Shown here: one piece after another, positions 54,294 to 64,000 of the stretch
Position numbering within the stretch: the first letter of the stretch is position 1
Layout of the letters: every line of letters starts with the position of its first letter
Origin: an uncultured Lachnospiraceae bacterium
GTDB taxonomy: Bacteria; Bacillota; Clostridia; Lachnospirales; Lachnospiraceae
Direction of reading: 5' to 3'
NCBI GenBank assembly: GCA_958428365.1
Contig: CAUAFT010000012.1
Coordinates: 23,059-87,058 of the forward strand
DNA: 64,000 nucleotides
Position numbers and translations under genes: made by a program
The notes under the pieces: model-generated
Told to the model about the DNA's origin: nothing
Seen by the model: the letters and a program-made list of their open reading frames with translations, nothing else
The model's database searches: none

Positions 54294-54995
54294 CTAGATC
54301 GTTTTAGGCTGTAACGCCTTGTCCTTGGATTTGGACTTGTGGAACATCTTTCTGGACTTATGTCTCTGGCGGATCGCCTCATCCAGCTTGCGGTAATGCT
54401 CCTCCGCCATCTCCTCCTGTTCCCGCATGAGGTAATTCATCTCTTTTAAGACTTTCTCCCCCACATGCTCGCCCACGGAGGCTCCCAGGGACTGGTTGTT
54501 CTCCTCGATGGCTTTTTTTACGATTCCGGTCATGAGATTCTGGAACTGCTCCATCCGTTCCTCCGCTCCCGGCTGCATACCACCCGCGCCCTGCATCTGA
54601 CCTGCGGCAGCCTGTCCCGGCATGACCTGTGCCGGAACGTTCTGTATCATCTGCGCCTGTCTTGCCTGTAACTGTGCCGCCTGATTCCCGGTGGTCTGTA
54701 CCTTGGCTTTGGGCATGGTGTGTACCTTTATCTCAGGAATCTCCTTTTCCTCCTCCGTCTCGGCGATAGGTTCGCCCTCCTGAAGGATCATTTTTATCGC
54801 TTTTAATTGGTATCCCTTTTCTTTTAATTCTTTTATCTTCTGAAATTGCTCAATATTTTCTTTCGTATAATACCGGTGTCCCAATTCATTTCTTGGAACC
54901 TTTAGATCCAGTTCTTCTTCCCAGTAACGTAATACATGAGATTCCACATCAATCATTTGTGCAGCATCTGAAATTATGTAACGTACTTTTTCCAA
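54294..54995 (-). CDS. MerR-type HTH plus coiled-coil protein
   Basis: TTG start behind GGAGG; ISDAAQMIDVESHVLRYWE...RNELGHRYY. Confidence 0.8.
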   Translation of the reverse strand: MEKVRYIISDAAQMIDVESHVLRYWEEELDLKVPRNELGHRYYTKENIEQFQKIKELKEKGYQLKAIKMILQEGEPIAETEEEKEIPEIKVHTMPKAKVQTTGNQAAQLQARQAQMIQNVPAQVMPGQAAAGQMQGAGGMQPGAEERMEQFQNLMTGIVKKAIEENNQSLGASVGEHVGEKVLKEMNYLMREQEEMAEEHYRKLDEAIRQRHKSRKMFHKSKSKDKALQPKTI

Positions 54996-55136
54996 ACTAA
55001 TTCTACCTCCTATGCAGTATCTTATTTTATTATAACAAAGCCCCGCATCTTTACAAGAATTTTTCATCGTGTAAAAATGACAGAAAAAAACAGATACCGC
55101 CTGAGTTTTGGCGATATCTGCATGATTCGTCTTTTT

Positions 55137-56471
55137 CTACTTTTTTTCCATGTTGGCAAATTTTGTGTATTGCGGCAGCCATACCAGGTTCACGGTTCCG
55201 ATGGGACCGTTTCTCTGCTTGGCAATGTTGATCTCCGCAATTCCCTTCATGTCGCTGTCTTTATTGTAATAGTCGTCGCGATAGATGAACATTACCACGT
55301 CGGCATCCTGCTCGATGGCTCCCGACTCTCTTAGATCGGAGAGCATTGGACGGTGTTCCGGCCTCTGCTCTACGGCACGGCTGAGCTGCGACAGGGCGAT
55401 AACGGGAACGTTTAATTCTCTGGCTAAGGATTTCAGGGAACGGGAGATATCGGAGATCTCCTGCTGTCTGGAATCGGTATTTCTGCCGGAGCTTGTCATC
55501 AACTGCAGATAGTCGATGATGACCAGTTTTAGATCATGTTCTAATTTATACTTCCTGCATTTACTCCGAAGCTCTGAGATGGAAATACCCGGCGTATCAT
55601 CGATGATGAGCTTGGATCTTCCGATGGTTCCAGCTCCCTCAATGAGCTTCTCCCAGTCGGAATCCGCCAGATTACCAGAACGCAGAAGCTGCGCGTCCAC
55701 ATGGGATTCCAGAGCAAAGAGACGGTTGACCAACTGCTCCTTGGACATCTCCAGACTGAAGATCGCCGTGCACTCGTCCTCGTGAAACGCCACATACTGA
55801 GCGATGTTCAAAACGAACGCCGTCTTTCCCATGGACGGTCTCGCCGCCACAAGGATCAGATCCGAAGGCTGAAGTCCAGACATCTTATAGTCCAGATCTA
55901 TAAAGCCTGTGGGAATGCCTGTGACATTTCCCTTGGTCTTTGCCGCCATCTCTATTTTTTCCAGGGCATTTAAGACCACATCCTTGATGGGAACATAATC
56001 CCCTCCGCCCTGGCTCTGTAAAAGACTGAAAATATTTTTTTCCGTGTCTGCTAAAATATCCTCCACCGAATCCGTCTGAGCATAGGCGGCATTCTCTATG
56101 GTCTCCGTGGTGCGGATCAGATTGCGGAGCAGGGATTTCTCCCTGACGATATTGGCATAATGTCTCACATTCGCCGAGGTAGGCACCGCCGCCACCAGAT
56201 CTCCCACATACTCCAGACTGCTGATCTCCGGCGGTACATTCTTTTCCTTTAACCGATTCTGCAAGGTTACCAGGTCTACGGGCTTTCCGTCGTTGAACAG
56301 CTCCAGCATGGCTGCAAAAAGCATTCCGTACTGCTTGTGGTAAAAATCCTCTTCTGTCAAAATCTCCGAGGCTGCCATGATCGCCTCCCGGTCCATGATC
56401 ATGGAACCGACTACGGACTGCTCCGCTTCCAGGCTGTTAGGCATGACCCTCTTGATCACGGTTTCTTCCAT
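55137..56471 (-). CDS. dnaB: Replicative DNA helicase
   Basis: AARPSMGKT, IIDYLQL, LSQLSR, DLRESGAIEQDAD, KQRNGP. Confidence 0.98.
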   Translation of the reverse strand: MEETVIKRVMPNSLEAEQSVVGSMIMDREAIMAASEILTEEDFYHKQYGMLFAAMLELFNDGKPVDLVTLQNRLKEKNVPPEISSLEYVGDLVAAVPTSANVRHYANIVREKSLLRNLIRTTETIENAAYAQTDSVEDILADTEKNIFSLLQSQGGGDYVPIKDVVLNALEKIEMAAKTKGNVTGIPTGFIDLDYKMSGLQPSDLILVAARPSMGKTAFVLNIAQYVAFHEDECTAIFSLEMSKEQLVNRLFALESHVDAQLLRSGNLADSDWEKLIEGAGTIGRSKLIIDDTPGISISELRSKCRKYKLEHDLKLVIIDYLQLMTSSGRNTDSRQQEISDISRSLKSLARELNVPVIALSQLSRAVEQRPEHRPMLSDLRESGAIEQDADVVMFIYRDDYYNKDSDMKGIAEINIAKQRNGPIGTVNLVWLPQYTKFANMEKK

Positions 56472-56486
56472 GGGAAACCTCCTCTT

Positions 56487-56933
56487 TTACTCTTCTGTCA
56501 CATGAACCCGCAGGCTTCCCGTCACCTTGGTGTGAAGCCGGATCGGAACGTCATGATATCCCAGAGAGCGGATCGGCTCCTCCAACTGCATTTTCTTTTT
56601 ATCCAGCGCAAGTCCGATCTGTTCCTTCGCCGCCGCTGCGATCTCCTTGGTGGACACAGAACCAAAGATTTTTCCACCTTCTCCGGTCTTGATCTTAACC
56701 TCTACCACCTTGTCTTCCAGATCCTTTGCGAGAGCCTGGGCTTTTTCCAGATTCTCCTGCGCTACCTTATCGGCGTGCTGATTCTGTAATTTCAGATCGT
56801 TTAGGTTCTTCGGCGTTGCCTCCACTCCCAGTTTTTTCGGGAGGATCATATTGCGGGCATAGCCTGCGCTGACTTCCACGATCTCGCCTTTTTTTCCCAA
56901 AGATTTTACATCCTGCAATAAAATAATCTTCAT
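56487..56933 (-). CDS. rplI: 50S ribosomal protein L9
   Basis: MKIILLQDVKSLGKKGEIVEVSAGYARN, IFGSV. Confidence 0.98.
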   Translation of the reverse strand: MKIILLQDVKSLGKKGEIVEVSAGYARNMILPKKLGVEATPKNLNDLKLQNQHADKVAQENLEKAQALAKDLEDKVVEVKIKTGEGGKIFGSVSTKEIAAAAKEQIGLALDKKKMQLEEPIRSLGYHDVPIRLHTKVTGSLRVHVTEE

Positions 56934-58981
56934 TATTCAATATCTCCTTCTTCTAACATTTCATCCAGGGTATTCTGAATGATCTGCTTCGCTTCCTCCA
57001 CGGAACAGTCCGTAAGCTGGGCGCCTGCCACATTCAGATGACCTCCGCCGCCTAAGCGCTCCATGATAAGCTGTACGTTGATCTCGTCAATGGAACGGGA
57101 GCTGACATATATTTTCCCCTGATACTCGCTCAATACGAAAGACGCTTTGATCCCGATGATATTCAAAAGCTCGTTTGCCGCCTGGGCGCCCACGATGGTA
57201 GGACTCTCGATCTTATCCCCCGGACACACAGAAATAGCAAATTTACCGCGATAGACCTCGGCATGGCGCACCGCTTCCGCTCTCGCCTTATAAGCTCCCA
57301 TATCGTTGCGCAGCATTTTGCGAACCCTTGTAACCTCGGCTCCGCAGCGTTTTAAATAAGCCGCCGCCTCGAAGGTGCGGACTCCCGTCTTGGTCATAAA
57401 GTTATTGGTATCGATCAGGATCCCCGCATAGATACAGTCCGCCTCGCTTGACTCTAACTTGATCTTTTCCGCAAAATACTGCAATACCTCCGCAATCATC
57501 TCACAGGTCGAGGACGCATACGGCTCAATATAGGAAAGGATCGGATTCTCCACCACGTCGCTGCTCTGTCTGTGATGATCGAATACCACGATGGACTTGG
57601 TTTTATTCAAAAGCTCCGGGCATTCCGTGTAGCCCGGACGGTTGGTATCCACCACTATCACCAGAGAATGACTGTCTACCTTATGTAAGGCAGTCTCGCT
57701 GCTGATACAAAGATCCACCGGATAGCCCTTATCCTCCGTAAAACATTCCTTCAGCGGACGCAGGGAGGTGGTCACCTCGTCAATGACAATGTGGGCTTTC
57801 TTTCCAAGTACCTTAGCAGCGCAGTAGATTCCAATTGCCGCTCCAAAGGAGTCCACGTCGGCGATCCTGTGACCCATGACAAAGACCTGGTCTCTGCTCT
57901 CGATCAGCTCTCGTAGCGCCTCCGCCTTGACTCTCGCCTTTACCCTGGTGTTTTTCTCCACCTTCTGGGACTTTCCGCCATAATAAGTGATCTGGTCTCT
58001 CTCCTTGATCACGACCTGATCCCCGCCTCGTCCCAGCGCCAGATCGATCGCGGCGCGGGCATACTCATAATTTTGGTTGTAAGTACCGGAATTATAACCG
58101 ATTCCAATACTGAGGGTAGCTGACATCTCATTGCCCACCTTCACGGTCTTAACGTCCTCAATGAGACTGAATTTATCCTTTTCCAGCTCCTCCAGATATT
58201 TGTGCTTGAAAACCACAAAATATTTGTCTTTCTCGATCTTTCGCACAAGGGCGTCCACATTAGAAAAATATTTGTTGACTTTTCGCTCGATCAACGCCGC
58301 CAAAAGAGAACGCTTCACATCTTCGACACTGTCCAAAACCTCGTCATAGTTGTCGATATAGACCAGGGACGCCACCAGCCTCTGTTCCTCATTTTCCCGG
58401 ATGTAGGATCTTAAGTCCGTCTCATCAAAGAGATAGAGGACTGTCAGAAAATCGTCCCCCTCCTCCAGAGACACGATGCCGTTCTCCGGTAAAATGCTCT
58501 CAAAATACATTTTTTTCAGATGCACCCGGTAGTATCTCTCGTCCATGGTGACGGAGACATCCAGCACATCCTCTTTTTTCTGTAAGATCTCTTTTGTCAG
58601 CGCCGGAAAAATGCCGTTGATGGTCTTATGATAGGTCTTTTCTTTTCCGGTAATCTCTGAAAACTGCTGGTTCAGCCACAGGATCTTTCCATCCTGATCC
58701 AAAAGCGCATAGGGGATCTCAAATTCCTCCAACAGCTTCTTCTGTACGCTTCCATACTGGGTGGCAAAGGTAATCAGCTCATTGACCAGCACAGGCTTAT
58801 TGTGGTTATAGGACAGGGATACCACGATAAAATAAATTAAGGTGAACCCCGTCACAACAAAACCGGATTTTGTGTTGATCATGTAGATCGGTATATTGAG
58901 AAGCGCCAGCAATATCGTCAGAAATAACGGCCAGTACATATAGTTGCGCAGCCGTCCTTTTAATTTTATATTCTGTTTCAT
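56933..58981 (-). CDS. gdpP: Cyclic-di-AMP phosphodiesterase GdpP (DHH/DHHA1)
   Basis: Two TMs, PAS and degenerate GGDEF domains, FDHH, GGGGH; canonical position between rpsR and rplI. Confidence 0.93.
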   Translation of the reverse strand: MKQNIKLKGRLRNYMYWPLFLTILLALLNIPIYMINTKSGFVVTGFTLIYFIVVSLSYNHNKPVLVNELITFATQYGSVQKKLLEEFEIPYALLDQDGKILWLNQQFSEITGKEKTYHKTINGIFPALTKEILQKKEDVLDVSVTMDERYYRVHLKKMYFESILPENGIVSLEEGDDFLTVLYLFDETDLRSYIRENEEQRLVASLVYIDNYDEVLDSVEDVKRSLLAALIERKVNKYFSNVDALVRKIEKDKYFVVFKHKYLEELEKDKFSLIEDVKTVKVGNEMSATLSIGIGYNSGTYNQNYEYARAAIDLALGRGGDQVVIKERDQITYYGGKSQKVEKNTRVKARVKAEALRELIESRDQVFVMGHRIADVDSFGAAIGIYCAAKVLGKKAHIVIDEVTTSLRPLKECFTEDKGYPVDLCISSETALHKVDSHSLVIVVDTNRPGYTECPELLNKTKSIVVFDHHRQSSDVVENPILSYIEPYASSTCEMIAEVLQYFAEKIKLESSEADCIYAGILIDTNNFMTKTGVRTFEAAAYLKRCGAEVTRVRKMLRNDMGAYKARAEAVRHAEVYRGKFAISVCPGDKIESPTIVGAQAANELLNIIGIKASFVLSEYQGKIYVSSRSIDEINVQLIMERLGGGGHLNVAGAQLTDCSVEEAKQIIQNTLDEMLEEGDIE

Positions 58982-59182
58982 TTCTTCTCCTTCATGCGTC
59001 TGTGCTCTACGCACAACGCCCCGTCGCCTTTCATGCCAATGGGCAGGCTATGGGTGAATATAATCCTTATAAGTATAGCATTAAAACCTTTATAATTAAA
59101 GCATTTTTTGCAGTTCCGGAAAATCAAAGACCCCATACCACAAATAATTGGGTATGGGGTCATACATTCTACCAGATATAGA

Positions 59183-59443
59183 TTAGTCTGTCACATATGG
59201 CATTAATGCAACGTGACGTGCTCTCTTGATTGCTACAGTGAGCGCTCTCTGATGTTTTGCACAGTTGCCTGTGATTCTTCTTGGTAAGATTTTACCTCTC
59301 TCAGAGATATATCTTTTTAATTTATTCACATCTTTGTAGTCGATTACATTGTCTTTTCCACAGAAAACACATACTTTTTTTCTCTTATGTGGCGCTCTTC
59401 TTCTCATTGGAGCATCGCTTTTCTCTGCTTTATTGTAAGCCAT
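59183..59443 (-). CDS. rpsR: 30S ribosomal protein S18
   Basis: [23 protein letters not shown]. Confidence 0.98.
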   Translation of the reverse strand: MAYNKAEKSDAPMRRRAPHKRKKVCVFCGKDNVIDYKDVNKLKRYISERGKILPRRITGNCAKHQRALTVAIKRARHVALMPYVTD

Positions 59444-59460
59444 GATCTTTACCTCCTGTT

Positions 59461-59901
59461 TTAGTTAAATGGTAATTCTTCGTCGATTCCGTCCGGAATG
59501 TTCATAAAGCCGTCTCCCGCCGCACTGCTCGGCGCCGGTCTCTCTGCCGGGGCAAAACCTGCATTGCTGTCGCTTGCCGCCTTGCTCTCTGCAAATTCCT
59601 GTTCCTCTACCACAACGTCGGTGGTGTAGACTCTCTGTCCGTCCTTATTGGTATAACTTCCGGTCTGGATACGTCCGGTAATTGCAATCTTGATTCCTTT
59701 GCGGAAATATTTCTCCGCGAACTCGCCCTGACGTCCGAAGGCAACGCAGTTGATAAAATCAGCGGTCTGCTGATCTCCGTCGCGTCTGAATCTTCTGTCT
59801 ACTGCGAGCGTATATCTTGCTACGGCTGTGGACTGCTCACCCTGGGAGTAACGTACTTCCGGGTCTCTGGTCAGTCGTCCCATAAGTATTACCTTATTCA
59901 T
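59461..59901 (-). CDS. ssb: Single-stranded DNA-binding protein
   Basis: [16 protein letters not shown]-terminal DEELPF. Confidence 0.98.
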   Translation of the reverse strand: MNKVILMGRLTRDPEVRYSQGEQSTAVARYTLAVDRRFRRDGDQQTADFINCVAFGRQGEFAEKYFRKGIKIAITGRIQTGSYTNKDGQRVYTTDVVVEEQEFAESKAASDSNAGFAPAERPAPSSAAGDGFMNIPDGIDEELPFN

Positions 59902-59920
59902 GCGGTTTCCTCTTTTCTAT

Positions 59921-60211
59921 CTATGCCTCGTCTGCTCTAACGCATAAGAAACGAAGAACGTTGTCCATGATACGAACGTTTGCTTCTATCTGAGCCGGAG
60001 CATCTGCTTCAGCGTCAAACTGAATGAAGTAATAAAATCCTTCTCTCATTTTCTGAATTTCGTAAGCTAATCTCTTCTTACCCCACTCATCAACATTTGT
60101 GATCGTGCCGCCAAAACGTGTGATGTATTCTTTGGCTTTCTCTACGACTGCTGCTCTGGCATCGTCTTCGATCTTGGCATTCACAACGAGTGCTAATTCA
60201 TATTTGTTCAT
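59921..60211 (-). CDS. rpsF: 30S ribosomal protein S6
   Basis: MNKYE...WGKKRLAYEI...GFY. Confidence 0.97.
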   Translation of the reverse strand: MNKYELALVVNAKIEDDARAAVVEKAKEYITRFGGTITNVDEWGKKRLAYEIQKMREGFYYFIQFDAEADAPAQIEANVRIMDNVLRFLCVRADEA

Positions 60212-60219
60212 GCTTGTTG

Positions 60220-60268
60220 TACCTCCTTTTGGTCTCTGGCCCCTGCCTTTTCGCGGGAGCAAGGAATT
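60220..60268 (-). ncRNA. S6:S18 ribosomal protein leader (autoregulatory)
   Basis: TCCTT pairs with the SD AAGGA; inner GCTC/GGGC stem and CCA motif directly upstream of rpsF. Confidence 0.65.
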
Positions 60269-60314
60269 AATAATATATCACGAGGTTATATAATACCACG
60301 GATTTTCTTGTTTT

Positions 60315-60515
60315 TCAAGCATTTTTTTCCTTTTTTGTGAGAGCCTTTGTGTTATTTTCCACAATACGGCGGGCGATCATGATCTGATGTCCACAGCCTA
60401 AGCACTTTAACCGGAAGTCCGCTCCCACCCGTAAGATCTCCCATTCACTGCTGCCGCAGGGATGTTGTTTTTTCAGGCGTACGATATCGCCCACTTCATA
60501 TTGATATTGGTTCAT
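60315..60515 (-). CDS. DUF951 family protein
   Basis: GDIVRLKKQHPCGS.EWEILRVGADFRLKCLGC. Confidence 0.92.
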   Translation of the reverse strand: MNQYQYEVGDIVRLKKQHPCGSSEWEILRVGADFRLKCLGCGHQIMIARRIVENNTKALTKKEKNA

Positions 60516-60579
60516 GGCTCCTCCTGATACGATCATAAATATTTCTATATAATTGTGATTTCTGCATTTTTATGCGGAT

Positions 60580-61296
60580 CTATTCTATACTCTCAAATAC
60601 TTTTCCGATACTCTCATGAATCACCAGATCCGCCCTGCCGTCCATCGGTGTTTGGCTCTTGTTGATGAGTATGAGCTTATCGCCATGATAATAATCGATC
60701 AGTCCCGCAGCCGGATAGACTGCCAGGGAGGTGCCCCCGATGATGAGAACGTCGGCGTTGCTGATGTAGTTCAGTGCTTTCTGCATGGTGTAGTTGTCAA
60801 GCCCCTCTTCGTAGAGGACCACGTCCGGTTTGATCTTGCCGCCGCAGTGACAGGTAGGGATTCCTTCGGATTCCAGGATATATCTGGCGTCGTAGAGCTC
60901 ATGGCATTTCTGGCAGTAATTGCGGTGAACACTGCCGTGAAGTTCCAGTACTTCCTTACTTCCCGCCGCCTGATGGAGCCCGTCGATGTTCTGGGTGATG
61001 ACTGCCTTCAGCTTGCCCTTTGCTTCCAATTCTGCCAGCTTCCTGTGCGCTGCGTTAGGCTTTGCGTCCAATGCCAGCATCTTGTCGCGGTAGAAACGAT
61101 AAAATTCTTCCGTCTTTACCATATAGAAGGAGTGGCTTAGGATCGTTTCCGGCGGGTAGTCGTATTTTTGATTATAAAGTCCGTCCACACTGCGAAAATC
61201 CGGGATGCCGCTCTCGGTGGAGACTCCTGCACCGCCGAAAAAGACAATATTGTTGGATTCTTTTATGATCGTTTGAAATTGTTCGATTGGGGTCAT
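60580..61296 (-). CDS. cobB: NAD-dependent protein deacylase (Sir2 family)
   Basis: GAGVSTESGIPDFR, TQNIDGLH, HG, KPDVVLY. Confidence 0.95.
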   Translation of the reverse strand: MTPIEQFQTIIKESNNIVFFGGAGVSTESGIPDFRSVDGLYNQKYDYPPETILSHSFYMVKTEEFYRFYRDKMLALDAKPNAAHRKLAELEAKGKLKAVITQNIDGLHQAAGSKEVLELHGSVHRNYCQKCHELYDARYILESEGIPTCHCGGKIKPDVVLYEEGLDNYTMQKALNYISNADVLIIGGTSLAVYPAAGLIDYYHGDKLILINKSQTPMDGRADLVIHESIGKVFESIE

Positions 61297-61371
61297 TGGG
61301 TTTCCTCCTTTTCGTTGATATAGATTATGATTTGTTTTTTCTTGTATTCTTTGTTGATTTTCTCTTTATTT

Positions 61372-61629
61372 TTATGACTTTACATGATGGTAGAATTCTT
61401 TTAACTCTGCTTTTCGTTCCGGTGAAAGCTCTGTCTTTTTGACTCCCTGAATCGCACCTTCTAATGCCAGAAGCCTGTGGATACAGGCAGATTCATCCAT
61501 TGCCCGAATCTTCAGCCATGCCTGCTCTGCACCTGTGGCTGTCAATTCTTCCACTGTGTTAATTCCAACCTCGTGCAACTGACGTTTTAGTTCCTTTCCA
61601 ATATTGGGAAGCTTTGTTAATTCACCCAT
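61372..61629 (-). CDS. TfoX C-terminal domain protein
   Basis: LTKLPNIG...L.EVGI...ALEGAIQG. Confidence 0.85.
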   Translation of the reverse strand: MGELTKLPNIGKELKRQLHEVGINTVEELTATGAEQAWLKIRAMDESACIHRLLALEGAIQGVKKTELSPERKAELKEFYHHVKS

Positions 61630-61637
61630 AATACCTC

Positions 61638-62222
61638 CTATCTGCTCCTTCTATAACGAAGCTCCGTCACCTTTGTTCCCTCTACACTTCGCTTTATTCC
61701 ATCCGGGATAAACCCGTTTTTCTCATAGAATCTGCGAGCTGGGAGATTATCTTCTATCACCCATAGGAAGATGTCTTTTTGATGAGATGCTTCCCCCTCT
61801 TTGATCAAAAATGTTATCAATTTTTGCCCGATTCCTTCTCCCTGAAAAAAAGGTTCCACATAAAGTTCACACACTTCCAGGCTATCGGGTTCTTCCGCCA
61901 GACTTTTTCTGCGCATCATTCCCTTGACAATGCCGTCATCATACACGACGACCTCCTTCAATCGTCCGGGATTCTCTCTGTATTCTTCTATAATATAAGA
62001 TACCTGCAAATCACAAAAAGAACCAATATCGTCCTCAAAATAAGAGCGATATGCAACCCTCTTTCCAAATACAAGTATCTCCGCTATTCTGGATATGTCC
62101 TCCATTGATGCGGCTCTAATCGTGAATGGCTGTTCCAAGATGTTTCTCCAATCTCTATTGCGGTGCCGGGGTATCATCGCCCCAATACCTGTGTTACAGT
62201 AATCATTAATTCTCCCACTCAC
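61638..62222 (-). CDS. GNAT-family N-acetyltransferase (start uncertain)
   Basis: LYVEPFFQGEGIGQKL, N..ARRFYEKNGF. Confidence 0.8.
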   Translation of the reverse strand: MSGRINDYCNTGIGAMIPRHRNRDWRNILEQPFTIRAASMEDISRIAEILVFGKRVAYRSYFEDDIGSFCDLQVSYIIEEYRENPGRLKEVVVYDDGIVKGMMRRKSLAEEPDSLEVCELYVEPFFQGEGIGQKLITFLIKEGEASHQKDIFLWVIEDNLPARRFYEKNGFIPDGIKRSVEGTKVTELRYRRSR

Positions 62223-62275
62223 CGGGATGTTCGTAATTCGCCTGAATAATTTCTCCTATAATATAACTACCAACC

Positions 62276-62467
62276 TTATTCCTGACTGCTGCTCACTGCT
62301 GTAATGATAGGTTTTCCCTCCCGGTCTAATAAAGGCGTCAGGCCTCCGCTATAACCGGAGAAATGATATAAGTAGTTGACGCCAGTCTTTTTGTCCACCC
62401 ATATTTCCATTCCTTCCATCGTTCCCTGCTTATATGCTCGTTCAAATCTTTCCTCTTTTTTTGCCAT
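62276..62467 (-). CDS. Small conserved protein (DUF6440-like)
   Basis: WVDKKTGVNYL...GGLTPLLDREGKP; SD AGGAGG. Confidence 0.75.
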   Translation of the reverse strand: MAKKEERFERAYKQGTMEGMEIWVDKKTGVNYLYHFSGYSGGLTPLLDREGKPIITAVSSSQE

Positions 62468-62575
62468 AATCCTCCTCCTTTGTTTTAAGTGGCTAAAGAA
62501 TCTTGATTTTACCTTTCTCTATCAAAAATACGTTTCCTGAAAAAGTCATCTTAATAGCTCCTAAAATTGTGCGAA

Positions 62576-63124
62576 TCATAATATTAATCCCATTGTAATT
62601 TCATCCCGGTATGTCCCATCCTTCAGCCGAAACGCATTCTTGACGCATCCCCACTCTTCGAACCCATATTTCCGGTACAGGCTGCGGGCTTTATGATTAT
62701 CTGCAAATACCCCCAGCTCTACCTGCTCATAACCAAGCTGTTTTGCCATGTCAATGGCTTCCTTTGTCAGAATATTACCAAGACCTTTTCCCTGAAATTT
62801 TTCTCTGATGGCAATTCCAAAACAGGCACGGTGTTTCATTTTCATCTGGCTGCTGTAGGAATAGATCGTAGCGCTTCCTACTATTTTTTCTCCTATAAAT
62901 GCGGCTATTCGGATGTCCGTTTCACTCTCCAGACTCTTTTTGAGAAATTCCTTCTCTTCATCCACTGTCATTGTTATTTCCTCAGGGTAATTTATCATAA
63001 AATTTGATTCCTCAGAAGCTAATTTAAAATAGAGGAGCATCTCCTCAGCGTCCTCCTCTTTCGGACTTCCCAGGGTGCATGGGATATTATCTGTTAAAAA
63101 TATTTGTTTTTCTTTGTAATTCAT
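62576..63124 (-). CDS. GNAT-family N-acetyltransferase
   Basis: GIAIREKFQGKGLG, N.KARSLYRKYGF. Confidence 0.88.
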   Translation of the reverse strand: MNYKEKQIFLTDNIPCTLGSPKEEDAEEMLLYFKLASEESNFMINYPEEITMTVDEEKEFLKKSLESETDIRIAAFIGEKIVGSATIYSYSSQMKMKHRACFGIAIREKFQGKGLGNILTKEAIDMAKQLGYEQVELGVFADNHKARSLYRKYGFEEWGCVKNAFRLKDGTYRDEITMGLIL

Positions 63125-63142
63125 TTATTTTTTACCACAAAT

Positions 63143-63394
63143 TTATCCTTTCAGTCCTCTTGCTTGCCTATCCATATCTTCAATAACAATATCATAAATC
63201 TCCCCGATACTTGAACAATATTCTAACACTTTCCACGGCTCATTTGTATGAAAATGAATTTTTATCAATTCTTCATCTCCAACAGCCAATAAGCAATCGC
63301 CTTTGAAATGGTTCGTAAAATATTCACTTATTTTATCCTCATCAAGATTCTTTCCTTCTATCAAAAGTTGTGTGTCATACTTAAATTCCAACAT
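63143..63394 (-). CDS. Small protein resembling an internal segment of DAK2/FakA-family kinases
   Basis: YDTQLLI...GDCLLAVGDEELIKIHFHTNEP; SD GGAGG. Confidence 0.75.
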   Translation of the reverse strand: MLEFKYDTQLLIEGKNLDEDKISEYFTNHFKGDCLLAVGDEELIKIHFHTNEPWKVLEYCSSIGEIYDIVIEDMDRQARGLKG

Positions 63395-63784
63395 ATCTTT
63401 TCCTCCATAAATCCCAATTTTTCTAAAATCATTGATATTTTATATGATAACCGATGTGACATAGAACCCGCAAGCCATTCCACAGGAATTTTGATGCTGA
63501 TACTGTATGGTTGTCTATTAACCAGTTGACAGAGAGTCTGAAATCCTTATTAAATTAAAACATAGAAAAGCATTCATTGTCTGACTGATATGCCCTCTGT
63601 CTACTTTAGAGATATCATATCAAGCTGCCAACGAACGCTTTTCTTCTTAATCCTTAATTAACAATATGTAACTAACTCTTTTTATATTGAACATGTCTGC
63701 AACATGGCATTTGATTCCTTTATCCTCTGGCTGTCTAAGGAACCCTGCCTGCCGCCGGAACCTTCTAAGAAATAGAGATAGAAT

Positions 63785-64000
63785 CTACTCTCTGAGCATC
63801 CCGCAGATTCCAATTCCCGCTGCATCAATTCCCACATGGGAGGCAATACTGCATGACAACGGCGTATAGGTAACATCCACCCAAGGAAAGGCATCCTGTA
63901 CCGCCCTTCTCCAGGCATCTGCTCTCTCTGGATCCACCAGGGTTCCCGCCACATTAATACTGATTTTTTCAGGTACATAATTCTTAAATCTACTCTCAAA
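63785..64000 (-). CDS. DegV-family fatty-acid-binding protein, 3' end (partial)
   Basis: Manual translation: FESRFKN...TPLSCSIASHVGIDAAGIGICGMLRE*. This is a different frame from the listed 63682..63999 ORF. Confidence 0.75.
   Translation of the reverse strand, partial: FESRFKNYVPEKISINVAGTLVDPERADAWRRAVQDAFPWVDVTYTPLSCSIASHVGIDAAGIGICGMLRE

Noticed and set aside
60580..61296. Sir2-domain anti-phage system
   Set aside because: It is a canonical short CobB with a zinc domain and no defence partner genes.
63682..63999. Listed 105-aa ORF
   Set aside because: Another frame on the same strand encodes a recognisable DegV C-terminus.

Overview
The window looks like a Clostridia (Lachnospiraceae-like) chromosome segment, probably close to oriC: it carries rpsF-ssb-rpsR-gdpP-rplI-dnaB and almost every gene is on the - strand. 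Core content: a YbhJ-like hydratase (partial), two two-component systems, hydE/hydG, upp, sua5, mecA, a ferredoxin and cobB. There are also two complete F1Fo ATP synthase operons, one with an H+-type c subunit (12.2-18.4 kb) and one with a Na+-type c subunit (38.3-45.5 kb). The main find is an AT-rich island of about 10.7 kb (about 27.5-38.2 kb) between the two operons. It encodes an apparent NRPS-like pathway that has no adenylation domain: a nucleotidyltransferase-fold protein, a radical SAM enzyme, an aldo-keto reductase fused to a carrier protein, an atypical SerRS-like amino acid:[carrier protein] ligase, a stand-alone condensation domain, an ATP-grasp ligase, an MFS exporter and an S51 peptidase. 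The island appears to have its own peptide quorum-sensing module: two HTH-TPR (RRNPP/Rgg-like) regulators, a 41-aa signal-peptide-like ORF absent from the ORF track, and a perfect palindrome with 22-bp arms placed symmetrically between divergent TATAAT promoters. Other items: an Rpn nuclease with an internal antitoxin-like start, a uORF attenuator, LytTR boxes upstream of a secreted subtilase, a Sua5-pseudophosphatase fusion and two related ~230-bp hairpin elements. All calls rest on reading motifs by eye. No database searches were run.
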